Positions 27,882 to 38,551 of a stretch of DNA of 64,000 bases are shown here, piece after piece (within the stretch, counting starts at the first letter, position 1; each line of letters starts with the position of its first letter). The stretch is from positions 12,727 to 76,726 of the IMG/VR virus record IMGVR_UViG_3300036402_000303; one strand, written 5' to 3'. The position numbers and the translations under genes were made by a program. The notes below the pieces were generated by a model. The model saw only the letters and a list, made by a program, of their open reading frames with translations. It did not search any database and was not told where the DNA came from. Source of the DNA: a virus.

Positions 27882-28919
27882 ATGTCAGTTTTGGTGAACG
27901 GAAACGAGATCGTGCTCTCGGGCACGGTCGGCGACCTTTATTTCGAGGATTGCTTCACGGCGTCTGACGTCATCGTGGCGTTGGCGCAAGTAGGCGATGC
28001 AACCGACGTGACGATCCGACTGAACAGCGGCGGCGGCATAGCGACCGAGGGCTCCGCGATCCATTCGGCTATCGCGCGGCATTCGGGGAGGAAGACGATC
28101 ATCGTCGAAGGCATTGCCGCATCGGCTGCCTCGGCAGTCGCTATGGCGGCCGACGAACTCGTCATGTCGCTCGGCGCTATCATGATGATTCACGATCCCA
28201 GCGACTTCACCTTCGGAACAGCTAAGGATCATCAGCTATCGATCGATATGCTGACGTCGCTCGGCGACGCCATGGCGTCTATTTACTCCAAGAAGTCCGG
28301 TCGTTCGCAAGCCAAATGCCGCGCCGATATGGAAGCGGAAATCTGGCTGACCGCGGATGAGGCTGTGAGGCTGGGCTATGCTGATAAGGCACTCGGCTCC
28401 GCCAACGACAACGAACCGACGGCTTTTAATTACCGAACTTACAAGAATCCTCCCGAGCGCATCGTTGCGCTCGCGGATGCCCGCGCGTGGGCCAAGCGCG
28501 CACCGAAGGCGGCGTTGTCCGCCGCCATTCTCAACACTCAAGAGGAGCCTTCCATGGCTAAAGACCCGGCGGACCAAACCGCACCCGCAACTACCGATGC
28601 ACCTGCCGCAACGGCGGCAACAGCGACCAACGTCGTCGACCTCGACGGCGCTCGAACCCAGGGCCGCAATGAAGCTTTGGCTTATATGCGCGAGATCAAT
28701 GAAATCTGCGCCCTGGCCGGCCTGCCGGAAAAGGCTCAGGCCTTCATCGAGAAGGATGCGAAGCCTGTCGACGTCCGCAAGGAACTGCTGGAAGCGCGGG
28801 CGTCTGCCGATGCCGCGCGCGCTATCAGCAACAGCCCGCCCACCAACCAGAGCCAGAAGCCAACCGCAAAGGTCGACCTCGTCGCCGACATGAAGCGTCG
28901 GCACGGCATCACCGCTTAA
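27882..28919 (+). CDS. ClpP-like head maturation protease with scaffold tail
   Basis: LNSGGG, AASAAS, MIHDP, WLTADEAV. Confidence 0.92.
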   Translation: MSVLVNGNEIVLSGTVGDLYFEDCFTASDVIVALAQVGDATDVTIRLNSGGGIATEGSAIHSAIARHSGRKTIIVEGIAASAASAVAMAADELVMSLGAIMMIHDPSDFTFGTAKDHQLSIDMLTSLGDAMASIYSKKSGRSQAKCRADMEAEIWLTADEAVRLGYADKALGSANDNEPTAFNYRTYKNPPERIVALADARAWAKRAPKAALSAAILNTQEEPSMAKDPADQTAPATTDAPAATAATATNVVDLDGARTQGRNEALAYMREINEICALAGLPEKAQAFIEKDAKPVDVRKELLEARASADAARAISNSPPTNQSQKPTAKVDLVADMKRRHGITA

Positions 28920-28931
28920 GGAGCAACGGAA

Positions 28932-29606
28932 ATGGCATTGACCACTCTCTCCTACAAGACGGACGTTGACGTCGTGAAGACGGAAGGTCCGAACCGCATC
29001 TCTCGTGACGAGGGCATCCTTGCCAGCGGCGCGTCCATCGCGGTATCCATCCCGGGTCTCGTGGTTGGCCGGATTGCCGTCGGCGCGGCGACCCCGGCCG
29101 CGAAATCGGGTGGCAACACCGGCAACGGCGTCCTGACCATGGATGGTACCACGCCGGTGCTCGCCGGTGCGAAGCCGGGCGTTTACACCGCCCGTCTCAT
29201 CACGGCCGCCGCCAACGGTGGCACCTTCCGCGTCATCGACCCTGACGGCTTCGTGCTGGGCGATGTTGCCGTCGGCGCCACGTTCTCCAACGACATCAAG
29301 TTCGCGGTCGCCGATGGCGCCACGGACTTCGTGGTCGGGGATGGTTTCGACATCACCATCGCCACTGGCTCCGGCAAATATGCCCCGCTCAATCTCGGCG
29401 CCAACAATGGCAGCGAGAAACCAGTGGCGATCCTGCTCGAGACGGTCGACGCATCGGCCGCCGACCAGCGTGTCGTGCTGCTGGCGCGCCATGCCGAAGT
29501 TGCCCTTCAGGCCCTTGTCTGGCCCGTCGGCATCACCACCACCCAGAAAGCCGCGGCGCTAGCCGCTCTCAACAACCAGGGCATTGTCGCCCGTATGGGA
29601 GTTTAA
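28932..29606 (+). CDS. Head decoration protein
   Basis: SRD..GKY..AIL..L.WP motifs with an internal insertion; between protease and MCP. Confidence 0.85.
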   Translation: MALTTLSYKTDVDVVKTEGPNRISRDEGILASGASIAVSIPGLVVGRIAVGAATPAAKSGGNTGNGVLTMDGTTPVLAGAKPGVYTARLITAAANGGTFRVIDPDGFVLGDVAVGATFSNDIKFAVADGATDFVVGDGFDITIATGSGKYAPLNLGANNGSEKPVAILLETVDASAADQRVVLLARHAEVALQALVWPVGITTTQKAAALAALNNQGIVARMGV

Positions 29607-29609
29607 TCC

Positions 29610-30653
29610 ATGGCTACGCCGCTCGATCTGCTGAATGCTCCCGAGTTTGCCGATGATCGGCTGACCGACAGCATCAATATCCCGCCCTACGTCACCGGCC
29701 GGCCGGCCCAGCTCGGCATCTTCCGGGACACGCCCATTCACACGACCTACGTGAAAATGGGCATCTCCGGCGAGGAAATCACTATCATTCCGTCGCGCGA
29801 ACGCGGCGGACCGGCGAACAAGAACATGCGGAACGACCGTCAGACGACGTATTTCGAGATTCCGCATTTTCCGCTGGATGACGCGATCTCGCCGGCTGAC
29901 ATGCAGAACCTCACCGCCTTCGGTGATGGTTATGTGATGCAGACTCTCGCCAACGTCGTGAACGAAAAGCTGACGACGATGCGGTCGAAGCACGACGCAA
30001 CCCACAATCATCTCGACTGGGGTGCGTTGAATGGCCTCGTGATCGACGCTGCCGGGGTTCAGTTGATGGACCTCTACAGTCAGTTCGACCTGACTCAAGA
30101 GAGCGTCAACTTCGCCCTCGGCACGCCAAGCACTGACGTTGCCGGCAAGAACCGCGCCATCAAGTCGTCGATCCGGAAGCAGTTGCGTGGCGCGCCGTCG
30201 AATGGCGTCCGCGTATTCGCCAGCCCGGAATGGTTCGACGCCTATGTCAACCACGCCACGGTCAAGGACGCCTACAAGTATTACTCGACCACGGGCAACC
30301 AGCAAAACCCGGCCCGTGACGACATCACCGACGGTTTCACGCACGCCGGCCTCACGCTTGAGCGCATCGACGAGGAGTTCAGCTACCGCCAGGAAAATGG
30401 AACGTTCCTGACGAAGCTGGCTGTCCCCGCCGGCGAAGCTATCGCGGTTCCGCTCGGAACGCCGTACTTCAAGCGTTATGTGGCGCCGCCGGACACCATC
30501 CAGGACGCCAATACCGCGCCGGCGCCCGGATCGAAGATCTTCGTGTCAACGCACGACCTGCCTCACGGTAAGGGCCGCGACGTCCACAGCGAGAGCAATG
30601 TGCTGCCGATCTGCCAGCGTCCGCAGATCATCATCCGGCTGACCAACACTTAA
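29610..30653 (+). CDS. Major capsid protein (lambda gpE family)
   Basis: LTDSIN, IPHFPLDD, SESNVLPICQRP. Confidence 0.93.
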   Translation: MATPLDLLNAPEFADDRLTDSINIPPYVTGRPAQLGIFRDTPIHTTYVKMGISGEEITIIPSRERGGPANKNMRNDRQTTYFEIPHFPLDDAISPADMQNLTAFGDGYVMQTLANVVNEKLTTMRSKHDATHNHLDWGALNGLVIDAAGVQLMDLYSQFDLTQESVNFALGTPSTDVAGKNRAIKSSIRKQLRGAPSNGVRVFASPEWFDAYVNHATVKDAYKYYSTTGNQQNPARDDITDGFTHAGLTLERIDEEFSYRQENGTFLTKLAVPAGEAIAVPLGTPYFKRYVAPPDTIQDANTAPAPGSKIFVSTHDLPHGKGRDVHSESNVLPICQRPQIIIRLTNT

Positions 30654-30666
30654 GAGGAGAACAGAC

Positions 30667-30885
30667 ATGCAGATCCGCTCATTGAAGTCTTTCTCCTACC
30701 AGGTAGGAGACGGCAACGTTCGTGTTCCGCGCGGCCTTTCGGTTAATCTTCCCGACGATGCTGCCAAGGCCGCGATTGCTGCGGGAGAGGCCGTGGCCGT
30801 TGGCGATCAACGCCCGGCGCCGTTGACGAAGGTGGATGTTGCCGACGACAAGAAGCCGGTAGAGCGCAAGCACGCGAAGGTGTGA
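30667..30885 (+). CDS. Small virion-associated protein
   Basis: GAGGAG RBS; position after MCP. Confidence 0.65.
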   Translation: MQIRSLKSFSYQVGDGNVRVPRGLSVNLPDDAAKAAIAAGEAVAVGDQRPAPLTKVDVADDKKPVERKHAKV

Positions 30886-31226
30886 TGCTTCGGATGACTC
30901 CCGAGTTCCTCCAATCCACCTTTGCCATGGCGGCGAAGCTCGAGATCGGCATGAAAGGGGAGATGGTGACCTTTCGCCGTCTCCCATCCACCGACGTCAC
31001 TGTGCGCGCCAAGGTGTCAGGCTACAAACCCGACGAACTCGGCGGCGGAATACAGCAGGGCGACCGCAAGATCCTCGTCAACGCCAGTGACATTCCGTTC
31101 GATCCTGCACTGAAGCGCGGTGACAAGGCCATCGCTGTTGCGGACGGCCGGCTTCTGAACATCGAGATCGTCGACTCCGCCTCGATGCGGGCGGCCGGCG
31201 TGCTCATGATTACGGCCCGCGGCTGA
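30882..31226 (+). CDS. Head-tail connector/closure protein
   Basis: ELGGGIQQGDRKI motif; position. Confidence 0.7.
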   Translation: MMLRMTPEFLQSTFAMAAKLEIGMKGEMVTFRRLPSTDVTVRAKVSGYKPDELGGGIQQGDRKILVNASDIPFDPALKRGDKAIAVADGRLLNIEIVDSASMRAAGVLMITARG

Positions 31227-31825
31227 TGGCGGTGCGAACCAAGATCGAGCGTATCGATACCGACATTGCGCTGTTCATGGAGGATGTCTCACCGGCAGCG
31301 CAGAGTGAGGCCCTCGCGGACTTCGCGGAGGATCAGCTAGCCCGTGCGCTCGAAGGCAATCGGTCGGCCATCGGTGCTGAACCGGCATTCGACACATTCG
31401 TCGATGGCCGAAGAGATGCCGCACTGACGGACGTGCGCCCGGATGGGTCGATCGTCTTCGAATTTCATATTCTGTCGGACGTCATCGTCTGGATCGATGG
31501 GATGCTGATCGAGTTCTCTCCAGTCAGGACCGGACGGTATCAACGGTCTCACGTCCTGTTCGTCGATGGCGCCCCCGTCGATCCGCAAGGTGTCATTCCG
31601 GACGGAAAAGAGTTCGTTCTGCTCAATTTACAGCCCTACGCTGAGGAAATCGAAAACGATCTCTCGAAACAGGCGCCGGATGGCGTGTTTCAGGCCGTCG
31701 CGGTGCTTGCCAATGAGAAGTTCGGGCAGATCGCGGCCGTCGAGTTCGGCTACCGCGACGCTCCCGCAAATGCGCCGCGCGGCGACAATAATCGGCGCCC
31801 GGCTATCGTCATAAAGGCGCGCTGA
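31226..31825 (+). CDS. Neck/tail completion protein
   Basis: SPVRTGRY, QAPDGVF motifs; position. Confidence 0.7.
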   Translation: MAVRTKIERIDTDIALFMEDVSPAAQSEALADFAEDQLARALEGNRSAIGAEPAFDTFVDGRRDAALTDVRPDGSIVFEFHILSDVIVWIDGMLIEFSPVRTGRYQRSHVLFVDGAPVDPQGVIPDGKEFVLLNLQPYAEEIENDLSKQAPDGVFQAVAVLANEKFGQIAAVEFGYRDAPANAPRGDNNRRPAIVIKAR

Positions 31826-32232
31826 TGGCCAGCAAGGAAGTGGTCGACGCCGTCAAGAACCGGCTCTCGGGATGGACCGATCTCCCGGTCGTGCATCCTA
31901 ACGAGACGGTCGAACCTCCAATCGACGGCTCGCCCTATGTGCGGGTGGAATATCCCGTTTCCCGGTCAGAGCAGGCCTCGGTCGGATCGCCCGGTTCGAA
32001 CTTCTATCGCGAGGAGGGCGCTTTTCGCCTCGTCATATATTCGGCCCGGGGAATCGATGTCGCCGCGGCGCTGGCTACTGCCGGGAGCCTCGCCGCGCTT
32101 TTCCGCGGCAAGTTCTTTGATGGCGTGCATACGTTCGCGCCATCGCCACCGGCGACCAACGACGGGTCAGAGAACGGGAACTATTACGTCCTGGCCGTGG
32201 CGGTGCCCTACCAGTTCGACACTCTCGGCTAA
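31825..32232 (+). CDS. Tail terminator-like protein
   Basis: 135 aa before the tail tube; REEG, LAALFRG. Confidence 0.7.
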   Translation: MASKEVVDAVKNRLSGWTDLPVVHPNETVEPPIDGSPYVRVEYPVSRSEQASVGSPGSNFYREEGAFRLVIYSARGIDVAAALATAGSLAALFRGKFFDGVHTFAPSPPATNDGSENGNYYVLAVAVPYQFDTLG

Positions 32233-32262
32233 CGCAACCCACATTCATCACGGAGAAACATC

Positions 32263-33186
32263 ATGGCCATTGCATCGGGCAGCGGACGGCGCATCGCGTA
32301 CATCGCCGAAGCCACCTATGGGGCGACACCGGCAACGCCCACGTTCAAGGTGCTGCGAGTCACGGGCGGGGGTCCGCGCACCACCAAGGCGACCGACACT
32401 AGCAAGGAAATCCGCCAGGACCGCAATGTCTCCGACGAAATGCAACTCGGCCAAGATGTCGCCGGTGACTATGACTTCGAGCTCACCTACGGCACCTTCG
32501 ACGACATGCTCGAAGCCGTGATGCAGGGCGCTTGGGCCACCAACGTGCTGAAAAACGGCGTCACGCCGAAGTCGTTCACCTTCGAGGAAACCCTCGAGAT
32601 GGGCGCGACCGACAGTTTCAGCCGGTTCACGGGCATCATGGCAAATTCGATGAGCCTCGCGATCGCGGCGCGCGCCGTCGTCACCGGCTCCTTGTCGCTG
32701 ATGGGGCAGAAGGAGCTGCTGGACACGGCAATCATCACCGACGCGACGTATACCGCGGCGAACACGGAGCCGGTATGGACGTCATCCGCCAGCGTGGCCT
32801 CGCTCTCGGTCCTGGGCGGGACGCCAAAGGTGCGCTCGCTCAATCTGGAACTGAACAACAACCTGCGGACCCGGACTTCCGTCGGCAGCCTCTATTCGGA
32901 GCAGTTCGGCTCCGGCTCATTCGACGTGACGGGGACGGCCGAAATTTATTTCGAGAGCAACGCGCTCTATCAATCCGTGCTCGACCACGGCGGCGGTGCG
33001 CTGTCCTTCACGATCGGCACCACGACGCTGAAGAAATACACTTTCCTGATGCCGAAGATCATTCTCGGCAACGGCGAGCGGCGTCCAGGCGGCAATGACG
33101 ACGATGTCATGGTCTCGCTGCCGTTCCGCGCCGTGTACGACGCCACCGAGGCTTGCAGTCTCAAGATCACCCGCGCCGTCGCCTGA
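32263..33186 (+). CDS. Major tail tube protein
   Basis: YIAEATYGATP, SKEIRQDR, KSFTFE, FDVTG. Confidence 0.88.
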   Translation: MAIASGSGRRIAYIAEATYGATPATPTFKVLRVTGGGPRTTKATDTSKEIRQDRNVSDEMQLGQDVAGDYDFELTYGTFDDMLEAVMQGAWATNVLKNGVTPKSFTFEETLEMGATDSFSRFTGIMANSMSLAIAARAVVTGSLSLMGQKELLDTAIITDATYTAANTEPVWTSSASVASLSVLGGTPKVRSLNLELNNNLRTRTSVGSLYSEQFGSGSFDVTGTAEIYFESNALYQSVLDHGGGALSFTIGTTTLKKYTFLMPKIILGNGERRPGGNDDDVMVSLPFRAVYDATEACSLKITRAVA

Positions 33187-33221
33187 TCCGCGCGGTCCGC
33201 ATTCCTCAGGGAGCAGCGTTC

Positions 33222-33404
33222 ATGTCGATTAAAATCACCCAGAATTTTACCGGCTATCCGGACGGCAAGAAGCGGCGTGACTTCACCGTCGGCGAAACGC
33301 CGTCCGATCTGCCCGAAGCCTACGCCGAGTTGCTGGTCACCAAGGGTCATGCAGTTCGTGCCGATGGCGAAACACGTCCCTCGCGAAAGGAAGCCAGCAA
33401 GTGA
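33222..33404 (+). CDS. Small phage protein
   Basis: FTGYPDG motif; GGGAG RBS. Confidence 0.6.
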   Translation: MSIKITQNFTGYPDGKKRRDFTVGETPSDLPEAYAELLVTKGHAVRADGETRPSRKEASK

Positions 33405-33814
33405 AGCTCTCTGAACTGAAGGTTAACTCCGCGCGCGCCGAGAAGGGCGCCTGGGTCGGCGATATCCCGGAAATGCCGGGCGTGCGCTTCAAGGTCCGCG
33501 GCTTCAACAATGCCGACGACAAGAAGATCGTCACCCGCGAGATGGAGAAGATTCCTGCGCGCCGGCGGCGCCGCGGCCGGATCAACGATGACGAACAGAA
33601 GGCGATCCTCAACATTCGCATTAAGGAGTGCCTATTGACGGACTGGGACGGCCTGATCGGCGACAACGATCAGCCGGTCCCGTTCTCCGCCGAGATGCTC
33701 GACACGTTTCTGACGGATCCGGATTACGCAAAGCTGCGCGATGGCATCGTCTGGGCGATCAGCATAGTCGCTGAGGACGACGCCGAAGCCAACGAGGCCG
33801 ACGCAAAAAACTGA
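33401..33814 (+). CDS. Tail assembly chaperone (gpG-like)
   Basis: LLTDWDG motif; ends in slippery GCA AAA AAC TGA. Confidence 0.85.
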   Translation: MKLSELKVNSARAEKGAWVGDIPEMPGVRFKVRGFNNADDKKIVTREMEKIPARRRRRGRINDDEQKAILNIRIKECLLTDWDGLIGDNDQPVPFSAEMLDTFLTDPDYAKLRDGIVWAISIVAEDDAEANEADAKN

Positions 33815-34149
33815 CCGAGGCCCTCGTCTGGCACCTCAAGTGGGGCGACAAGATCGCCTGGCTTGAGGATCTGGCCGAGGAGGAGGGCCGCGAACTGAAG
33901 GCGCTGGCCGACCGACCTGAGGTCGACGAACACCTGGAATGGGTCTGGCAAGCGTTCTGGGATCTTTGCAGCGATCGGCATGTCGGCTTCGGCGAAGGCC
34001 CGATCCAGTGGACTTCAATCGACGCCTACGCCCGCAGGCACCGCCTGCGTGATGACCGGTTCGATCGCCTGCTGTTCCTTTTGAGACAGATGGACCGAGC
34101 GTATCTCGGCGCGCGGGCTACACCCACCAAAGAGAAGCAAACGCGATAA
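33811..34149 (+). CDS. Tail assembly chaperone extension (gpT-like) reached by -1 frameshift
   Basis: Open -1 frame without a start codon: LTEALVW...WQAFWDLCSDR...GPIQWTSIDAYA...MDRAYL; not in ORF track. Confidence 0.85.
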   Translation: MTEALVWHLKWGDKIAWLEDLAEEEGRELKALADRPEVDEHLEWVWQAFWDLCSDRHVGFGEGPIQWTSIDAYARRHRLRDDRFDRLLFLLRQMDRAYLGARATPTKEKQTR

Positions 34150-37100
34150 TGGCGACATCCCTGCAAACCATCCGACGGATGACCATCGAAAGCCGCGCTG
34201 TCGGCGTCGATGAGACGTCGCAGAAGCTTGCCCGGTTGGGGCAGGCGCAGGACGCCGTTGCGGAATCGTCGGAGAAGGCCACCGCGCAAACCTCGGCCTA
34301 TGAGCGCGCGCTGGACAGTCAGCGTCGCGCGCTAGACATGACCACTAGGCTAAGTGCTGAACTGGCGCGCGACCGTATGGCGATGAGCGCGCAGCTGCAG
34401 CAGCAGAACGCTATGCTTGTCGCAGCCAACGACAACAGCGCAAAAAGTTTCACTGTCATGGGCTTGGAGGCCGCGGAAGCCGCCAACCATCTGCGCGTCG
34501 CCGGCGAGGCCGCCTACTTGTTTTCTCCAGCCTTCCGGGAAGTCGTGAACGGCATGGCCGCGCCGGCCCTGCGAGGGGCGTCCGTGGCGCTGGTCGCCGT
34601 CGCCGGTGGCATCGTCACGGCCACCAACCTTGCCGGAACAGGCCTTGTCAAGCTGGGCACGTCGGCCGCGCTGGCCAGTACCGGCCTTACGCCGGTCGCC
34701 GCCAGCATCACTTCCGCCGGCCTCGCCATGCAGGCATTCAATCCCTCTGTCGCTGGAGTTGCCGCCACGATTCTAGGCAGATTGCTGCCCGCACTGCGCC
34801 TGCTCGGAACCGTCGGTCTCGTCGTCAACGCCGCGATGATGGTGGCGGACGCGTGGGAGCTCGGCGGCAAAAAGCTGGAAGAATACCGCAAGATCGCCGA
34901 GAAGGCCGCAGCGACGGACCTGTCGACCGCCTTCTTCCAGCGCATCACCAAGGCGGCTACCGACGCCAAGTTGCCGGTCGACGACCTGACGGCTTCTATG
35001 AGGAAGTTGTCCGAGGTCAGCGCCGAAAAGCTTGGCGGCAGCGATCTGCAGAACCGTCTCGACCAGTTGACCAAGGCCGGCAACTTCAAGGGCAATACCG
35101 GCGTCGGCCAGCTGGCCGCCGCCAACACCACCGAGGAAAAGTTCCGAGCAATCGTCTCCCTGGTCGACCAAGCCATGCTGAAAGGCGAGCGTCTCGCCGC
35201 TCTGGACCTGACGTCGAAATTCCTCTCCCCGGCGACGCAAGAGGCACTGACCAAGGATAGCGAATACCTCGGCAAGATGCTGGCCTCGGCGGACAAGATC
35301 AGCGCCACCAAGCTGGTGTCGGATGAGGATATCGGCGCGGCGCTGGAGCTGCAAAACCGCTACGACGCCGCTGTCAAGATCCTGGAGACGCGCTGGCATC
35401 CGATACAGGACCTGCTCACGGCCGCCGGCGTTAAGATGCAGACAGCGTGGGTTGGCATCGTTGAGGCGGTTGCCACCGCCGTCGACTGGATCACCCGACT
35501 GGTGATGAAGATCGGCGAAATTCCGCAGACTTTCTGGGATTATATAAAGAAAGGTGCCGCAGCATCGGTCAGTTTGGCAGTCGGAGCCGTGCCGGTGGTC
35601 GGGCCCGCCCTCAGCCTGGGCGCCCGCATTGCCACCAGCGGTGGCGAGGGCGACGTCGCTGCCGTCGACGAGAAGACCAAAGCTTACGGCCGGCTGGCGG
35701 CGGGGTTGCGCAATGTCAACGCCGTGCAGCAGAAGACAGCTGAAATCAACGCCATCCAATCTGCCGTCTGGAAGGATGCATCGAAGCCGATCGAGACCGC
35801 CACAAAAGCGGCCCTGGAGCACAAGGATGCGCTGATCCGCGCTATGGATGCCGTTGAAAAGTACATTCTCACGACCGAGGCAGCCGCCAAGTCCGTGGGT
35901 GCCGGCGTGTTCGAACAGGAGAAGGCAAAGGTTGTCGCTCAATTAACCGCGGCTGCGCAGCGGGATGGCAAGACCAACCTTGCACAATACGCGGCAGCCT
36001 GGGACGAGCTGGGCAACCGCGCCGGCGCAGCGGCGCAAAAGCTGGCGCTGGCCAACGCGCAGTCGCAGGCTGATTTCGCCGGAAAAACCATGTTCATGTC
36101 GCCATCGGATCTGGCGGCTGCGAACGTGATGAAGAACATCTATGGCGACGCGTGGCAGTCGCACATGGACGACGCGCTTGCCAAACAAATCAAGATGAAC
36201 AGCCTGTTGGGCGACGTAAAGAACACCGCCCAGCAGTTCGCGCAAACCTTCGTCCAGGGTCTTATGCAGGGCAAAAGCGGGATGGATGCGCTGGTCGCCG
36301 CTGCCGACCAGCTTGCCGGCAAACTCGCGAATGACGGCATCGCGAACCTGATGAGCCTCAATCCTGAACAAATGGGTGTGGGCGCGCTGCAGCTCGGCGC
36401 CTCGGCGCTGATCAGCATGTTCACCGGCGATCAAAAAGCCAAGAAGCAGCTCGAAGAGGCGAAGAAACAATGGGAGGGGATGACGAGTCAGGTCAACGCC
36501 TTCAACGCAGCAGCGGCCGGCGTCGATCTGGGACCTCTAACCAACGAACTGAACTCGCTGTTCTCCAGCTTTAGAACGTTGGCACATGCTGCCGCGGAAG
36601 CCCACGACGAGGCAGGCCGAACGAGGGTCGGCAATACGCTTTATAAGGGCGCGATGCGCGTTATCTCAGAATTTGAACGCGGCACCGATACGCTGAATCC
36701 GCTGCAGCAGTCGATCAAGGCTGTCAATGATGAGGCTGCCGGCCTGAAAGACACCCTTGCAGAGATTTCTGCGGCCAATCACTGGAGTTTTGACACGTCC
36801 GGGATCGACGCCGCGGTCAAGGTGAAGATTCAAAACCTCATCAAGAATGCAATGGATACGTTTACCGACAGCCTGACCTCGCGGCTCAACGCGGCCAACG
36901 GGCAGGGCTATCTCAATGACGCCACGGCGCTGGCCAAGCGGCGCCAGCAGGACCTGTCGGACGCGGCGATCCTCGGCAACGATCCGGCGCTGCTGGCGCA
37001 GATCTCCGCCGTTTTCCACGCTGAGGCGCAGAAGATCGTAAATGACGCCGGCCTGGTCGGCGCTGAGTTCGCCGACTTCACCGCGCTGTTTCCGGATTTT

Positions 37101-37748
37101 GCCGGCGTGGTCACCGAATCCGCCGATGCGCTGGCCGCGGCCAACGACCGCTTCAAGGCGATGACGGAGACCATCAACGACTATCTCGACAGCCTGCAGC
37201 TCGGCGACAAGTCGATCCTGAACCCGCAGGAACAGCTGAAGGCCGCGCAATCCCAGTTCAACGCCCAGCTGGCGCTGGCGCAATCCGGCAACGCCGATGC
37301 GATGGGGACCATCACGCAATATGCCTCGGCACTGCTGGATCAGGCCAAGGGTTTCTATGCATCGTCGGCGGGTTACGGCGATGTCTACAGCGCGGTGACG
37401 GAAGCGCTTCGCGGCCTCACCGGTGGGCAGGGTGTGATTGCGGGCACCGGCGCAGCGATGCTGCAGCAGACCAGCCTGGCGGGTCCGCAGCTGCAGTCCA
37501 ATGCCGCGCTCGCGGTCACGCAGCCACTTGCATCGCGGATCACCGCAAGCAACGACAACGGCCAGTATTTCGTCAATCTCGGCCAGCAGCTGGTGCAGGC
37601 CATGGCCGGTTGCTCGATGGGGGAAATCAGCGCGATGCGCGAGGAGAATGAAAAACTGCGCGCCGAGGTGCGGAACCTGATCACGGCGGTGGAGGGCAAC
37701 AGGCCGAGGGCGCCGCGGCCCTCGGCACGCACGGGGACGAACGGATGA
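34149..37748 (+). CDS. Tail tape measure protein
   Basis: 1199 aa, Ala-rich helical, follows the G/T chaperones. Confidence 0.92.
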   Translation: MATSLQTIRRMTIESRAVGVDETSQKLARLGQAQDAVAESSEKATAQTSAYERALDSQRRALDMTTRLSAELARDRMAMSAQLQQQNAMLVAANDNSAKSFTVMGLEAAEAANHLRVAGEAAYLFSPAFREVVNGMAAPALRGASVALVAVAGGIVTATNLAGTGLVKLGTSAALASTGLTPVAASITSAGLAMQAFNPSVAGVAATILGRLLPALRLLGTVGLVVNAAMMVADAWELGGKKLEEYRKIAEKAAATDLSTAFFQRITKAATDAKLPVDDLTASMRKLSEVSAEKLGGSDLQNRLDQLTKAGNFKGNTGVGQLAAANTTEEKFRAIVSLVDQAMLKGERLAALDLTSKFLSPATQEALTKDSEYLGKMLASADKISATKLVSDEDIGAALELQNRYDAAVKILETRWHPIQDLLTAAGVKMQTAWVGIVEAVATAVDWITRLVMKIGEIPQTFWDYIKKGAAASVSLAVGAVPVVGPALSLGARIATSGGEGDVAAVDEKTKAYGRLAAGLRNVNAVQQKTAEINAIQSAVWKDASKPIETATKAALEHKDALIRAMDAVEKYILTTEAAAKSVGAGVFEQEKAKVVAQLTAAAQRDGKTNLAQYAAAWDELGNRAGAAAQKLALANAQSQADFAGKTMFMSPSDLAAANVMKNIYGDAWQSHMDDALAKQIKMNSLLGDVKNTAQQFAQTFVQGLMQGKSGMDALVAAADQLAGKLANDGIANLMSLNPEQMGVGALQLGASALISMFTGDQKAKKQLEEAKKQWEGMTSQVNAFNAAAAGVDLGPLTNELNSLFSSFRTLAHAAAEAHDEAGRTRVGNTLYKGAMRVISEFERGTDTLNPLQQSIKAVNDEAAGLKDTLAEISAANHWSFDTSGIDAAVKVKIQNLIKNAMDTFTDSLTSRLNAANGQGYLNDATALAKRRQQDLSDAAILGNDPALLAQISAVFHAEAQKIVNDAGLVGAEFADFTALFPDFAGVVTESADALAAANDRFKAMTETINDYLDSLQLGDKSILNPQEQLKAAQSQFNAQLALAQSGNADAMGTITQYASALLDQAKGFYASSAGYGDVYSAVTEALRGLTGGQGVIAGTGAAMLQQTSLAGPQLQSNAALAVTQPLASRITASNDNGQYFVNLGQQLVQAMAGCSMGEISAMREENEKLRAEVRNLITAVEGNRPRAPRPSARTGTNG

Positions 37749-37760
37749 GCGCGCTGATTT

Positions 37761-38033
37761 CTAGTTTGGCTTCGTTTGGTCGCGAACTTCCCCGGTCCTT
37801 AGAATTGCCCGATCTAAGAGGTCGGAAAGGACCGATTTTGCCTCGTTCTGAATTTCTTCGGGATATTGGTCTAGCCCAGCTGCGAAGTCTGATTGGAGGG
37901 CCTGCAACAGGGCTTTCTGCTTCAACTGATCCGGATCGTTGCCCGCCATCGCGAATAGAAGGCCCATTGTGCAGATGGCCATGGCTTCGCTCGCCGCGAG
38001 ACGCGCGATCACCTGTTTCTCAAAATTACTCAT
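37761..38033 (-). CDS. Moron, small hypothetical protein
   Basis: 90 aa, antisense within the tail operon; GAGGGGG RBS. Confidence 0.6.
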   Translation of the reverse strand: MSNFEKQVIARLAASEAMAICTMGLLFAMAGNDPDQLKQKALLQALQSDFAAGLDQYPEEIQNEAKSVLSDLLDRAILRTGEVRDQTKPN

Positions 38034-38100
38034 GTTCCGTCCCCCCTCGTGAGATCCCCGAGTCTGGTGGTGCTGGCGGCTCTGTCAAGAGTGACGGCGG

Positions 38101-38493
38101 ATGAGCGCGACCAGCTACGCCCGCCGCAAGATCGTCGATGATCTCACCGGCGTTGCTTCCTATTCACCGCCGCCGCTGTGGCTGTCACTGCATACCGCCG
38201 ATCCTGGTGTCAGCGGCTCGCACGCCTTCGAAGTCAGCGGCGGCGGCTATGCGCGCCAGCCGCTGGCCGGCGTCATGGGCGCGGCGGACGCCGACGGGAT
38301 CAGCGTCAATACCACTGTGATCAATTTCGGGCCGGCCAGCGCCGACTGGGGCACCATCATCTATCTCGCGATCGAGGATGCCGCCACGGGCGGCAACATG
38401 ATGTCTCCCGGCGTACCGGCGATGCCGCGCACCATCACCTCGGGACAACCGCTGCAGATCCCGGTCGGCCGGCTGCGGCTGCGACTGACCTGA
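38101..38493 (+). CDS. Minor tail/fibre protein (LHTADPG family)
   Basis: LSLHTADPG..EVSGGGYARQ..WGTI. Confidence 0.8.
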   Translation: MSATSYARRKIVDDLTGVASYSPPPLWLSLHTADPGVSGSHAFEVSGGGYARQPLAGVMGAADADGISVNTTVINFGPASADWGTIIYLAIEDAATGGNMMSPGVPAMPRTITSGQPLQIPVGRLRLRLT

Positions 38494-38551
38494 CCACTCT
38501 CATTTCTCCAACCTCAATCCGCGGCTCTCCAGCTTCTGAAAAGGAAAACCT

